Assembly (NCBI GenBank): GCA_963734535.1
Contig: CAVTHS010000006.1
Coordinates: 160,001 to 224,000, forward strand
Length of the DNA stretch: 64,000 nucleotides
Reading direction: 5' to 3'
DNA from: an uncultured Chloroflexia bacterium
Lineage (GTDB): Bacteria; Chloroflexota; Limnocylindria; Limnocylindrales; CSP1-4
Shown here: one piece after another, positions 29,986-40,073 of the stretch
Position numbering within the stretch: the stretch's first letter is position 1
Layout of the letters: each line of letters begins with the position of its first letter
Notes under the pieces: generated by a model
What the model was told of the DNA's origin: nothing
Database searches by the model: none
What the model saw: the letters and a program-made list of their open reading frames with translations, nothing else
Translations under genes and position numbers: made by a program

Positions 29986-30053
29986 GGGAGCGGGCCTGCC
30001 CGGCGGCGGCCCGAACCCGGGCGTTCAGCGGACGTGCGACGCCACGACCTGGC

Positions 30054-30788
30054 TCAGCGGCGGCGGGCGAGCACCCGCCAGCTGATGCCGAACGCGATCG
30101 CGCACCATGCCCCGAGGAGCACGAACGAGCCGGCGGAGACCGGGAACTCGGCCGGCGCGAGCGTCCCGCGCATGACCTCGCCCATCGCCTGGATCGGGAG
30201 GACCCGGTGGATCGCCGCGAGCCAGTCGGGCAGGCGGTCGGCCGGGAACTGGAGGGGGCTGAACATGAACACGAGGACGACCAGCACCTGGCTCATCAGG
30301 TTGGCGATGAGCGGCGGCAGCAGCGAGGCCATCGCGTAGCCCGCGGACGTGGCCGTCAGGACGACGAGGATCACGGCCGGGACCACCCACGGTGAGACCT
30401 CGATGGGGAGGTTGAAGCGCCACGTCGCCACGACGACGCCGAACACGACCCCCGGGAGCACGATCAGGAGCTGGACGGTCAGGTCCGCGAGGAGATAGAC
30501 GACCCGCGGGATCGGCAGCGAGCGCATGTAGTCCAGCGTGCCCTCGGTCCGCGCCTGGGCAACCTGCTGCGGAACCGCGACGAGGCCCATCGTGATGAGC
30601 GTGATCGAGGGTGCCGCGGTCGCGATGAAGAGGATCGTCCGGGCGTCGATCTGGGGGAAGAGGAGCGGGTAGCCGATCACGATCCCCAGCGAGAAGAGGC
30701 CCTGGATGATGACCGCGAAGGGCAGGAAGGTCTTCTGGCGAAGGCCGGTCCAGCGAACCAGCAGGGCGTAGCTACGCAGCGCCGACAT
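30054..30788 (-). CDS. ABC-2 type exporter permease
   Basis: 6 TMs; EGTLDYMRSLP; FSPLQFPADRLPDWL...LP. Confidence 0.9.
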   Translation of the reverse strand: MSALRSYALLVRWTGLRQKTFLPFAVIIQGLFSLGIVIGYPLLFPQIDARTILFIATAAPSITLITMGLVAVPQQVAQARTEGTLDYMRSLPIPRVVYLLADLTVQLLIVLPGVVFGVVVATWRFNLPIEVSPWVVPAVILVVLTATSAGYAMASLLPPLIANLMSQVLVVLVFMFSPLQFPADRLPDWLAAIHRVLPIQAMGEVMRGTLAPAEFPVSAGSFVLLGAWCAIAFGISWRVLARRR

Positions 30789-31788
30789 GTGCGGACTCCT
30801 CCGTGTTTCGGCGAGCCTTCGCCGCCCTGTCGGATCCGGCAGCGCCATGACCGCCGTTCCCGTTCTGCAGCGCGTCCGCCCGCCCAACGAGCTCGACGTA
30901 GACGTCCTCGAGGGTCGCGGGAGCGAGCGAGAACTCCTCGACCTCGCCAGCTCGCTTGAGGGCGTCGGCCCAGCCGACGGCCTCTGCCGCGGCGGTGGAC
31001 GGGACCGTGGCGAGGATCCGCTGGCCCGTCGCGACCGTGTGCAGCACGAACGGAGCGGGCGTCGGCGGCTCGGCTCCCGGTTCGAGGACCAGCTCCAGGC
31101 GGAGGTCGTCGGCAACGCGCTCCTTGAGCTGCGCCGGCGACCCCTCCACGATCACGCGGCCGTGGTCGAGGATCGCGAGCCGGTCCACCGACCGCTCCGC
31201 TTCCACGACGTTGTGCGTGACGAGGAGGACGGCGGAGCCCTCGTCGCCGAGGGCCCGCACCTGGGCCCAGAGGAGCCGCCGCCGAACCGGGTCGACATCG
31301 TTGGTCGGCTCGTCGAGGATGACGAGACCGCCCGGGGCCACCGCGGCCATGGCGAACGAGACAAGGCGCTTCACGCCACCCGACAGGCGCCGGCCGTCCT
31401 GGTCCAGCCACTCCCCGATGTCGAGCCCGTCGACCAGCCGGGCGCGGCGGGCCCGCACGTCGACCGCCGAGGAGCCGCGGATCCGGCCCACGAGCTCGAT
31501 CGCCTGCCGCGGCGTGAGGCCGTCGATCGGCAACGTGGCCTGCGGCTGGATGGAGCAGGCACGGCGGGCATAGCCGGGGTCGGCCACGACGTCGCGGCCA
31601 CCGATCAGGATCCGGCCCGCATCGGGCCGCAGGAGCCCGATGACCTGGTTGACGAGCGTCGTCTTCCCCGCGCCGTTGTGGCCGAGGAGCCCGTAGACCT
31701 CACCCGCCTCGACGGAGAGCGAGATCCCGTCGTTCGCGCGGACCCCCTTCCGGTAGGCCTTGGCGAGGCCGTCGATCTCGAGCAGCAT
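30772..31788 (-). CDS. ABC transporter ATP-binding protein
   Basis: GHNGAGKTT, LSGG, ILDEPT, VTH. Confidence 0.95.
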   Translation of the reverse strand: MLLEIDGLAKAYRKGVRANDGISLSVEAGEVYGLLGHNGAGKTTLVNQVIGLLRPDAGRILIGGRDVVADPGYARRACSIQPQATLPIDGLTPRQAIELVGRIRGSSAVDVRARRARLVDGLDIGEWLDQDGRRLSGGVKRLVSFAMAAVAPGGLVILDEPTNDVDPVRRRLLWAQVRALGDEGSAVLLVTHNVVEAERSVDRLAILDHGRVIVEGSPAQLKERVADDLRLELVLEPGAEPPTPAPFVLHTVATGQRILATVPSTAAAEAVGWADALKRAGEVEEFSLAPATLEDVYVELVGRADALQNGNGGHGAAGSDRAAKARRNTEESAHVGAA

Positions 31789-31831
31789 GTGCGTCCCTTT
31801 CATCGCGTCCCCGCCGGGGTCGTGTGGTTCA

Positions 31832-31903
31832 GGTACCGAACAGTATCACAATACCTACAGGTATTGCAATACCCGAGAGGACCGCGATACCGCGTGGTAT
31901 GAT
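31832..31903. promoter_or_regulatory. Three TetR-type operator palindromes between the divergent ABC and tetR genes
   Basis: AATACCT-AC-AGGTATT (31850-31865), GATACCGCGTGGTATG (31886-31901), GGTACCGAACAGTATC (31832-31847); the 31886-31901 box overlaps the TATGAT -10. Confidence 0.75.
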
Positions 31904-31910
31904 CGTGGAC

Positions 31911-32579
31911 ATGGACCAGGTGCAGGCACCGGCGCATCGCCTCAGCCGGGACGAACGCCGGAACCAGACGCGCGATCGACTCATCGACGCAGCGGTCGAG
32001 GTCTTCAACCGGCTCGGCTATGTTGGCGCGTCGCTGGAAGCCGTCGCCGACGCGGCGGGGTACACGAAGGGGGCGGTCTACTCGAACTTCGCGACGAAGG
32101 CGGACCTCTTCCGCGCGGTCATGGAGCGGACCCAGGGCGGCCGGGCCTCAGCGTCCGAGACCCTCCTCCGCGAACGACCGCTGGGCGACTTCATCGACCT
32201 GATGGGCGGGCTCATCGCCGACCAGGCCGCCAGCGAGGCATCCTTCGACCTCCTGACCATCGAGTTCTGGCTCGCGGCGATGCGTGATCCGGCGCTCCGG
32301 GCGGAGCTCGCCGAAGGCTACCGCGCGATGCGTGGGTCGCTGGCTCCCGTCATCGAGCGCGGGCTGGCGGCCGACGGGGTGCGCAGCGACTTCGATGGAT
32401 CGGAGCTCGCCACGCTCGTCAGCGCGATCGGGACCGGGATCCTGCTCCAGTACTACCTGGAGCCCGCGGCCGTGGACCCGGAGCTGCTCCCCCGGGCCCT
32501 GCGGGCGCTGTTCGGGTACGGAACCGAGAGCGTCGCCGGGACCGCGCCCGTACGCCCGGAGGCTGATCGGTCCGCCTGA
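31911..32579 (+). CDS. TetR/AcrR family regulator
   Basis: TRDRLIDAAVEVFNRLGYVGASLEAVADAAGYTKGAVYSNFATKADL. Confidence 0.95.
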   Translation: MDQVQAPAHRLSRDERRNQTRDRLIDAAVEVFNRLGYVGASLEAVADAAGYTKGAVYSNFATKADLFRAVMERTQGGRASASETLLRERPLGDFIDLMGGLIADQAASEASFDLLTIEFWLAAMRDPALRAELAEGYRAMRGSLAPVIERGLAADGVRSDFDGSELATLVSAIGTGILLQYYLEPAAVDPELLPRALRALFGYGTESVAGTAPVRPEADRSA

Positions 32580-32642
32580 TCGTCGCCGGCTCCCCGGGTG
32601 AATTCCGGTGCGCCCGGCGGGTGGCGCCGCGGGACGTCCGGA

Positions 32643-32671
32643 TTGACACGTCGATCAGGGTGCTGCAGGAT
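32643..32671 (+). promoter_or_regulatory. Sigma-70 promoter of the TA operon (leaderless)
   Basis: TTGACA, 17 nt, CAGGAT, 6 nt, ATG. Confidence 0.75.
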
Positions 32672-32677
32672 CGCGGC

Positions 32678-32935
32678 ATGCGGACGAAGCGGACCTACAA
32701 CCTGCCCGAAGCAACAATCCGAACGGTCCGGGAGCTTTCGGCGACGTTTGGCGTGGCAGACACCCAGGACGCCGTGATCGAGCTGGCGGTGGACGAGCTC
32801 GCGCGACGGCTGCATGACGATGCCGAAGGGGAGCGGTGGGCGGAGGCGGCCGTGAGCCCGGGGTTTCGGGAGGAAGCGGCGGATCTCGCCGCAGCCTATG
32901 ACACCGCGGACCGCGAGACGTGGCCGCGGGCATGA
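32678..32935 (+). CDS. Antitoxin, ribbon-helix-helix-like
   Basis: 85 aa, MRTKRTYNLPE beta-strand start, acidic C-terminus; ATGA overlap with the toxin. Confidence 0.78.
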   Translation: MRTKRTYNLPEATIRTVRELSATFGVADTQDAVIELAVDELARRLHDDAEGERWAEAAVSPGFREEAADLAAAYDTADRETWPRA

Positions 32936-33333
32936 GGCCGGGACCGCTCCTTCGCTGGGCAGTGGTCCGCGTTGCGCTCGACCCGGCGACCGGACACGAG
33001 CAGGCTGGGACGCGCCGGGCTCTCGTCGTCAGCTACGAGCCGTTTCATCGCTCCGGACTGGCCACGGTCTGCCCGATCACCGCGGCGCGTGACGTGGCAC
33101 GCTACCCCGGCGAAGTGCCGATCCCGGTCGGGATGGCGGGCCAATCCCGCGCCGGCCTGATCCTGTGCCACCAGGTCCGGACCATCTCGCTCGAGCGGGT
33201 CGAGGGTGCCCCGGCCGGGCGGCTGGGCGATCCAGCCCTGCGTCGCGCCGTGCGCGGAGCGCTTGCCCACCACCTGGGCCTGGACATCCCGTCCATCGGC
33301 GATGGGGCGTTCGTGCGGAGCGAGCCCGGCTAG
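32932..33333 (+). CDS. mazF: PemK/MazF family toxin
   Basis: LDPATGHEQAGTRRALVVS...VCPIT...ILCHQVRTISLER. Confidence 0.9.
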   Translation: MRPGPLLRWAVVRVALDPATGHEQAGTRRALVVSYEPFHRSGLATVCPITAARDVARYPGEVPIPVGMAGQSRAGLILCHQVRTISLERVEGAPAGRLGDPALRRAVRGALAHHLGLDIPSIGDGAFVRSEPG

Positions 33334-34791
33334 CTGTCGAAGCCGATCCCGAGTCCGTCGAGCGTCCGGAGCAGCAAGCCGCGCCGGCCATCGTTCGCGT
33401 CGGCGCGGGCCAGCTCGTCTCGCACCGTCTCGACACCGAGCGAGCGGAGCGGCTCGGGCGGGAAGGGGACCGGCCGGGAACGGACGAAGCGAAGCCGGAG
33501 GAGGTCCGACTCGGGCCGAAGGATGAAATCGCGAGCGATTCCGGCGGCCCAGCGCGAGGCCCCGACGCCCAGGCCCGTGTAGCCGAGCGCGTAGACGACT
33601 CGTCCGCCCATGGTCCGGCCCAGCGTCATCGTGAAGCGCGACGTGGTGTCGATGGCGCCGCCCCAGCGATACGGCCAGCGCAGGCCGGCCAGCTGCGGGA
33701 ACGTGCGCCGCCAGTTTGCAGCGAGCCGTTCGAATGTCGCCGGCCGCCGGTCGTATGCCGGGCCCACGCCGTTGTGTGGGTGGTAGACGGCGTCGAAGCC
33801 GCCCCACAGGACGCGATCGTCGGCCGTCAGGCGGAAGTAGTGGAACTGGTTGTTGGCATCGGCCAGGCCCTGCCGGTTGCGCCAGCCGATCGCGTCTCGC
33901 TGCGGGCGGGGTCAGCGGCTCCGACACCAGCACGTAGTCGTAGACGGGCACGAAGAGGGGCCGAAGCCGCCCGAGCCAGCCGGAGTAGGCCGAGGTCGCG
34001 ACGACGGCATGTCGAGCCCGGATCTCGCCGGGCGCGCCGTTCGCTGCTGCCGTCCGAACCCGGACCCCGCCCGCGACTCGCTCCAGCGCGGTGACCCGGG
34101 TTCCCTCGTACAGGACGGCGCCTCCCCTGCGCGCGACCCGCGCCAGCCCCTGTGCGAGCTTTGCCGGGTCGAGCATCACGCAGCTGTCCGGATGCCAGGC
34201 GCCGGCGGTCCAGCGCGGAGAATGGACCTCCGCTCGGGCAGCATCGCCGTCGAGGAAGACGGCCCGCTCCCCGTGGGCGGTCGCGAGCTCGACGTGCTCG
34301 CGGAACTCGTCGACCTGCCTCGGATGGTCGGCCAGGCTCAGCTCGCCGGTCAGCTCGAGGTCGCACTCGATCCCGTTGCTCGTCACGAAGTCGACGATCG
34401 CGCGCAGGTTCGCCATCCCCTCGCGATGGAGCAGGTCGGCCTCGTCGGGATAGTGGCGCAGCCCGTTCTCCAGCCCGTGGGTCAGGCTGGCCTGGCAGAA
34501 GCCGCCGTTGCGCCCGGTCGCGCCGAACCCGACGTGCTCCATCTCGACGATCGCCACCCGCAGCGCGGGGTTCGTCTCGAGGAGGCGCAGGGCGGTCCAG
34601 AGCCCGGTGAACCCGGCCCCGATGACCGCCACGTCCGCGGTCGCGGCGCCCGCGAGGGCTGGAGCGCGCGGGGGCACTCCGGCGGCGAGCCAGTAGCTCA
34701 CGGCGCGTGCAGGGTCGGCGGATCGCACGGGCCGAATTCTGCCCGATGCGGGCGCGATCCGGTCGGGGAGCCCGCGTCGGGTTACGGCCAC
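33330..34791 (-). CDS. FAD-dependent oxidoreductase (DAO/PuuB-like; frameshift near 33905)
   Basis: VSYWL, DVAVIGAGFTGLW, GATGRNGG; C-terminal WGGAID...LGYTGLGVGA in the 33330..33767 frame; start uncertain. Confidence 0.88.
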
Positions 34792-34851
34792 GATGCCGGC
34801 GGGGATGCGCGGACGCGGATGCCGCGGGCTCGACGGCGATGCGGCGGACGC

Positions 34852-34963
34852 GCGGGCGCGACGAGCAAGCGCCGTGGCGGGCGCGACGAGCAAGCGCCGT
34901 GGCGGGCGCGACGAGCAAGCGCCGTGGCGGGCGCGACGAGCAAGCGCCGTGGCGGGCGCGACG
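34852..34963. repeat. 25-bp tandem repeat GCGGGCGCGACGAGCAAGCGCCGTG, 4.5 copies
   Basis: Directly visible. Confidence 0.95.
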
Positions 34964-34985
34964 CTCCGGCCGCCCGGACACGGAG

Positions 34986-35212
34986 ATCCTCGTCAATGAT
35001 GGCCCGGACATCAGTATCAGCTGTCCTTCCTGAGCGCGAGGGCGGCGGACCGGGCCGGCGCCGGGTCCGGGCGTCGGAATCCTCGACAATGCAGCGCACG
35101 CGAAGCACGAAGGGGGGAAATGTGCCCGCGCCGGCGGCTTCGGACGAGTCGAGGCGCCGGCACCCGTGCGCCCATTCGGGATAGAGATCCCAGGCGCCGC
35201 ATCGGCGAGGAT
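34986..35212. repeat. 227-bp dispersed element with terminal inverted repeats, copy 2
   Basis: ATCCTCGTCAATG...CATCGGCGAGGAT; same length and box spacing as 16657-16883. Confidence 0.75.
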
Positions 35213-35413
35213 TGTGCGACGCCACGGCGACGTCGCAACGACTCCACGGCGGCTCGCGGGCAGGCCGGCTTCGTCACGTTGCGTCTCCCGAAGTATGAGC
35301 CGCGCCCCTGGCCCGTGGGCGCGGCTCCGCGTGCACGCCTCCCGTCGTAGACAACGCATTGCGCCAACCGAGTGGCACAATCACACGGATTTCGCACGGT
35401 GAGCTGCCGCGGA

Positions 35414-35454
35414 CAACGGATATCGTTGACGAGATTCGAGACCTGTGGCAGGAT
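35414..35454 (+). promoter_or_regulatory. Promoter (TTGACG-17-CAGGAT) with palindrome CAACG-GATAT-CGTTG overlapping the -35; possible IclR operator
   Basis: -35 at 35426-35431, -10 at 35449-35454, palindrome at 35414-35428. Confidence 0.55.
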
Positions 35455-35509
35455 GGCGACCTGCCGCAGGCGTCCCACCCGGATCCATTCGCTTGTCGCT
35501 GGAGGTTCT

Positions 35510-36865
35510 ATGTCCGCACAGTCGGCGGTCACCACCGTCCCCGCGCGTTCGCGCGACGTGCAGCTCGCGACGTGGCGGCGAGCGATCGACGTGATGCCGG
35601 GCGGCACGGATTCGAACTTCCGGGCCTGGGGCGAGGACACCATCTACGTCGACCGGGGCAAGGGCGGCACGGTCTGGGACCTTGACGGCAACGAGTTCGT
35701 CGACCTGCGGATGGGATACGGCCCCGTGATCCTGGGCCACGCCGACGACCGCGTGGACGACTACGTCAACGAGCGGATGCGGCGCGGCGTGAGCTTCTCG
35801 CTCACGTCGGAGGACGAGATCCGGGCCAACGAGCTGGTCCAGGAGCTGACCGGCTGGGTGGAGCTGTCGCGCCTGACCGTCTCCGGCACGGAGGCGACGA
35901 TGCATGCGATGCGCGTCGCCCGGGCATTCACCGGCCGCAACAAGATCGTCAAGTTCGAGGGCCAGTACCACGGCGTCCACGACTACGCGCTGATCAGCGT
36001 CCTGCCCAACAACATGGCCGACCTCGGCGACGCGGAGAACCCGTCGCGACTCGCCTGGGGGCGGGGGATCCCCGCGGCCGTCGCCGAGACCGTCATCCCG
36101 GCGCGCTACAACAACGTGGAGCAGCTCCGCCGGCTCTTCGAGCGCGAGGGTCACGACATCGCCGCGATCATCGTGGAGCCCGTGCTGGGCAACGCCCAGG
36201 GGATCATGCCCCAGGCCGGCTTTCACGAGGCGATCCGATCGCTCACCCGCGAGTTCGGGATCCTCATGATCTTCGACGAGGTGAAGACCGGGTTCCGGCT
36301 CGCGAAGGGCGGGGCCGCCGAGTACTTCGGCGTCACCCCCGATCTCGGGACGTTCGCCAAGGCGATGGGCAACGGCTACCCGGCCGCTGCGTTCGGGGGC
36401 CGGCGCGACATCATGAACCTCATGCCGGCCAACGTGAGCCACGGCGGGACCTACGCCGGCAACCGGATCGCGGCCGCGGCCGCCGTCCGCACGCTCGAGA
36501 TCCTGCGCGACACGGACGCGATCGCGACGGTCCACAGGACCGGCGAAGCCGTCCAGGCGGGGATCCGCGCGGTGCTCGACCCGACGGGGCTGCCCTACGT
36601 GATCACCGGACATCCGTCGATGTTCGGGATCATGTTCACCGACCGGATGCCCAGCGAGTATCGCGACTGGGCATCCACCGACCATGAGCTGTACGACGCG
36701 ATCGCGGTGGGCATGCACGCCCGCGGCGCGATGCCCGAGCCGGACAGCCGGGAACCGTGGTTCATCTGCGAGGCGCACGCTCAGGGGGATACCGTGGACA
36801 GGATCGTCTCGATCTTCGGCGCGTCGGTCGCGGCGGCCCTGGAGGCTCGGTCGCATGGCCGCTGA
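35510..36865 (+). CDS. Class III PLP aminotransferase (GSA-aminomutase-like)
   Basis: SGTEATM, KFEGQYHG, IFDEVKTGFR, TFAKAMGNGYP, HGGTYAGN; RBS GGAGG. Confidence 0.92.
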   Translation: MSAQSAVTTVPARSRDVQLATWRRAIDVMPGGTDSNFRAWGEDTIYVDRGKGGTVWDLDGNEFVDLRMGYGPVILGHADDRVDDYVNERMRRGVSFSLTSEDEIRANELVQELTGWVELSRLTVSGTEATMHAMRVARAFTGRNKIVKFEGQYHGVHDYALISVLPNNMADLGDAENPSRLAWGRGIPAAVAETVIPARYNNVEQLRRLFEREGHDIAAIIVEPVLGNAQGIMPQAGFHEAIRSLTREFGILMIFDEVKTGFRLAKGGAAEYFGVTPDLGTFAKAMGNGYPAAAFGGRRDIMNLMPANVSHGGTYAGNRIAAAAAVRTLEILRDTDAIATVHRTGEAVQAGIRAVLDPTGLPYVITGHPSMFGIMFTDRMPSEYRDWASTDHELYDAIAVGMHARGAMPEPDSREPWFICEAHAQGDTVDRIVSIFGASVAAALEARSHGR

Positions 36866-37841
36866 GCTGCCCGCCGTCCCGGCCGCGCTGGCGCCCGTGG
36901 GACTCACGATCGTCGGCGAGCCGGCCGTCGCGCCCCGGCGGCGCCTCCCGCTCCCGGTAGCCATGGCGTCGCACGCACCGGCGCCCGTCGCGGGGCCCAC
37001 CACACCGCACCTCGCACCCCACCTGGCACCGGTCGAGCGATCGGACTCGGACCTGCTCGACGGGAGCGCGGTCCGCTCGGTCGACCGCGCGGCGGCGCTC
37101 CTCCTTGCGCTCGGCGATTTCCCGGCCGAGGCCGGGGTCACCGAGCTCGCTCGCAAGCTGGGGCTGCACAAGAGCACCGCCTCCCGGCTGCTCGCCACGC
37201 TCCAGCGGCGGGGGCTCGTGGAGCAGGACGAGGAGTCGGGCAAGTACCGGCTCGGGCTCGTGGTCATCCGGCTTGCCGAGCGCGCCGAGAAGACGCTCGA
37301 CCTCCGGACGCTCGCGCGGCCCGAGCTGGAGCGGCTGGCGCGTTCGACCCGCGAGACAGTCGGGCTCGCGATCCTCGACGTGGACCGGTGCCTGACGGTC
37401 GCCCAGGTGGATGGACCGAACATGGTCGCCTGCCCGGACTGGACGGGGCGAACCACGCCGCTCCACTGCGTGGCGTCGGGCAAGATCCTCCTTGCCACGC
37501 TGCCCGAGCGCGACGTCATGCGCCTCGCCAAGAAGGGCCTGCAGCCCTGCACGGAGCGGACGATCACGACCCTCGAGGGGCTCCTGGAGGAGCTGGCGCG
37601 CGTCCGGCGACGCGGCTTCGCGACGGCGTTCTCGGAGTGGGAGCCCGGCCAGAACGCGCTCGCCGCGCCGGTCCACGACGCCCGCGGCCGGGTCGTCGCA
37701 GCGGTGGACATCTGGGGACCGGCGTACCGGATCACCCCGGCGCGGGTTGCCGACCTCGCCGCCGAGGCGCGGGCCACGGCCAGCGCGATCTCGACCCGCC
37801 TCGGCGGCGCCTCCGCCTGGCCCGCCACCGCGCCGGCCTGA
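36855..37841 (+). CDS. IclR family transcriptional regulator
   Basis: VRSVDRA...GVTELARKLGLHKSTASRLLATL; PLHCVASGKILL; LAAPV. Confidence 0.93.
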   Translation: MAAELPAVPAALAPVGLTIVGEPAVAPRRRLPLPVAMASHAPAPVAGPTTPHLAPHLAPVERSDSDLLDGSAVRSVDRAAALLLALGDFPAEAGVTELARKLGLHKSTASRLLATLQRRGLVEQDEESGKYRLGLVVIRLAERAEKTLDLRTLARPELERLARSTRETVGLAILDVDRCLTVAQVDGPNMVACPDWTGRTTPLHCVASGKILLATLPERDVMRLAKKGLQPCTERTITTLEGLLEELARVRRRGFATAFSEWEPGQNALAAPVHDARGRVVAAVDIWGPAYRITPARVADLAAEARATASAISTRLGGASAWPATAPA

Positions 37842-37856
37842 CAACGCCGCCGCGCG

Positions 37857-39959
37857 TCAGCGCGCGGCGGCGTTCGGGGCGATGCTCGCTGCAAGCAGCT
37901 CGGCGAGGTCGATCGCCTCGACGCCGGCGCCTCGATCGCCCGCCGCGCCCAGGCCGTCGCGGATCATCGTCATGCAGAACGGGCACTCGGTCACCACGGC
38001 CGATGCGCCCGTGGCGAGCGCCTGGCGCGTGCGCTCCTCGTTGATGCGCGTCCCGGTGCTCTCCTCCATCCACATCCGCCCGCCGCCCGCCCCACAGCAG
38101 AAGGTCGAGCGCCCGCGCTGCTCCATCTCACGGAGCTCGATCACGGGCAGCTGCCGCAGGATCTCGCGCGGCTCCGCGGCGATGCCGCTGTAACGGGCCA
38201 GGTAGCAGCTGTCGTGCAGGGTCACGGGGCGCTTCGGCGCTCCCGGGCCCGCGGCGCCGTCGACCTCGGCCAGCGGCAGCCGCCCGGCCGCCAGGAGCCC
38301 GCGCAGGTAGACCGCGTGGTGGACGATCTCGAACGAACCGCCCAGCTGGCCGTACTCCGTGCCGATCGTGTTGAAGCAGTGCGGACAGGCGGTGATGATC
38401 GTCCGCTTCTCCATGCCGTACCGCTTCAGCGTCTCGATGTTGCCGGCGGCAAGGACCTGGAAGACGTACTCGTTCCCCAGCCGGCGGGCAGGATCCCCGG
38501 TGCAGGCCTCCTCCTGGCCCAGCACGGCGAAGCGAACGCGCGCGGCCGACAGGCAGGTTGCCACCGCGCGGGCGACCTTCCGGTTCCGGTCGTCGAATGC
38601 CGCGGCGCAGCCCACCCAGTAGAGCACCTCGAGGGAATCGAGCGTTCCCTCCCGGGCCATCTCCGCGACGGTCGGCACGCGGAACGGCAGGTCCTTTGCC
38701 CAGTCCAGCCGGCCCGCGCGGGGGCTGCCCCACGGGTTGCCGGCCTGCTCCATGTTCCGGAAGGCACCGGTGAGCTCCTGCGGGAAGCGAGTCTCCTCGA
38801 GGACCAGGTTCCGGCGGAGGCCCACGATCTTGTCGACGTGCTCGATGAGGACCGGGCAGGCCTCGACGCACGCCCCGCACGTCACGCAGTCCCAGACCGC
38901 GTCGAACGGGATCGCGGCGTCCACGATCGGGACCGCCAGGGCGACCGGCGCGAGCCGATCGTCGAGGCCGTACGTGTCGCGGACGAGCGGGCTGTTCGGG
39001 ATCAGGTTGAGCCCGCGCTCCGCGTCGACGGCCAGGTGGCGGATGCCCATGATCATCGCCCGCGGGTCGAGCGACTTGCCGGTCGCGTTCGCCGGGCACG
39101 CCTCCGTGCAGCGCCCGCACTCGGTGCAGGTGAACCCGTCGAGCAGGTCCTTCCAGCCGAGGTCCGCGATGGTCCGAACCCCGAACGTCCCGTGCTCCGC
39201 CTCGAGATCCATCGCCGGAAGCTCGCCGCGCGGGGCGAGCTTCCGGAAGTAGATGTTGAAGAAGCTCGTGGCCATGTGGAGGTGCTTGCTGCCCGGCAGG
39301 TAGCACAGGAAGGCGGCGACCAGGACGACGTGCGCCCACCACGCTGCCGCGAACGCCACCTGCAGAATCCCCGGATCCACCCCGCGGAGGGGGGTCGCCA
39401 GGGCGTTTGCCACGATCGCGCCGGCCCGGTCGCCGGACCGCGCCGCCTCGAGGGCCATCGCCGCGACCTCCGTGACGACGACGCCGCCGATCAGGCCCAG
39501 GATCACGAGCGCGCCGCGGGTGAGGGCAAGGCGGCGCGGTCGCGACACGAGGCGCCGCCAGCCGGCATATGCGATGGCGAGGAGCACGCCGACCGCGGCC
39601 ACGTTCTGGAGCGCCGTCGCGGCGCTCCACAGGGCGCCCCCCAGCGGCCAGCCGACGATCGCCTGCACCAGGCCGCCGGTGGCGATGTCCGCGGTCCCAA
39701 GCGTGAGCGCGACGAAGCCCCAGAAGATGGCGAAGTGCATGAGGCCGGCGCGGGCGTCCCGGAACATCCGGACCTGCGCCAGCGCGTAGACGACGAGGCC
39801 CGTGACCCGTCGCCGAACCGACGCGAAGGGGTTCGAGCGGCCGGCCGCCGCGAAGACTCGCACGTGGCGAGCGATCGCCAGGCCGAAGTAGGCCATCGCG
39901 CCGTAGAGGATGGGGAAGACCAGGACGTAGCCGGGGACGTCGGCATAGGCAGGGAACAT
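37857..39959 (-). CDS. Membrane-bound Fe-S oxidoreductase (FadF/GlpC/HdrD-like: TM region, 2x[4Fe-4S], CCG domains)
   Basis: CTECGRCTEACP, CVTCGACVEACP, YWVGC, ITACPHC, HDSCY, CCGAGGG, TECPFC. Confidence 0.93.
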   Translation of the reverse strand: MFPAYADVPGYVLVFPILYGAMAYFGLAIARHVRVFAAAGRSNPFASVRRRVTGLVVYALAQVRMFRDARAGLMHFAIFWGFVALTLGTADIATGGLVQAIVGWPLGGALWSAATALQNVAAVGVLLAIAYAGWRRLVSRPRRLALTRGALVILGLIGGVVVTEVAAMALEAARSGDRAGAIVANALATPLRGVDPGILQVAFAAAWWAHVVLVAAFLCYLPGSKHLHMATSFFNIYFRKLAPRGELPAMDLEAEHGTFGVRTIADLGWKDLLDGFTCTECGRCTEACPANATGKSLDPRAMIMGIRHLAVDAERGLNLIPNSPLVRDTYGLDDRLAPVALAVPIVDAAIPFDAVWDCVTCGACVEACPVLIEHVDKIVGLRRNLVLEETRFPQELTGAFRNMEQAGNPWGSPRAGRLDWAKDLPFRVPTVAEMAREGTLDSLEVLYWVGCAAAFDDRNRKVARAVATCLSAARVRFAVLGQEEACTGDPARRLGNEYVFQVLAAGNIETLKRYGMEKRTIITACPHCFNTIGTEYGQLGGSFEIVHHAVYLRGLLAAGRLPLAEVDGAAGPGAPKRPVTLHDSCYLARYSGIAAEPREILRQLPVIELREMEQRGRSTFCCGAGGGRMWMEESTGTRINEERTRQALATGASAVVTECPFCMTMIRDGLGAAGDRGAGVEAIDLAELLAASIAPNAAAR

Positions 39960-40073
39960 CGGGGCCTCCCGAAGCGGCGCGTCGGCGGGTCGTGGCTCGC
40001 TTCGGCGAGGATACGCGACGCGCGCCCCACGAACGCGCGGCGTGACCGGCACGTGCGCTAGAGTCAGGCCGCG

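Noticed and set aside
32600-33340. TA pair as a marker of a mobile island or prophage
   Set aside because: No integrase, att repeats, tRNA or compositional shift seen
35510-36865. Naming the gene hemL
   Set aside because: Family similarity only; the context indicates a catabolic paralog
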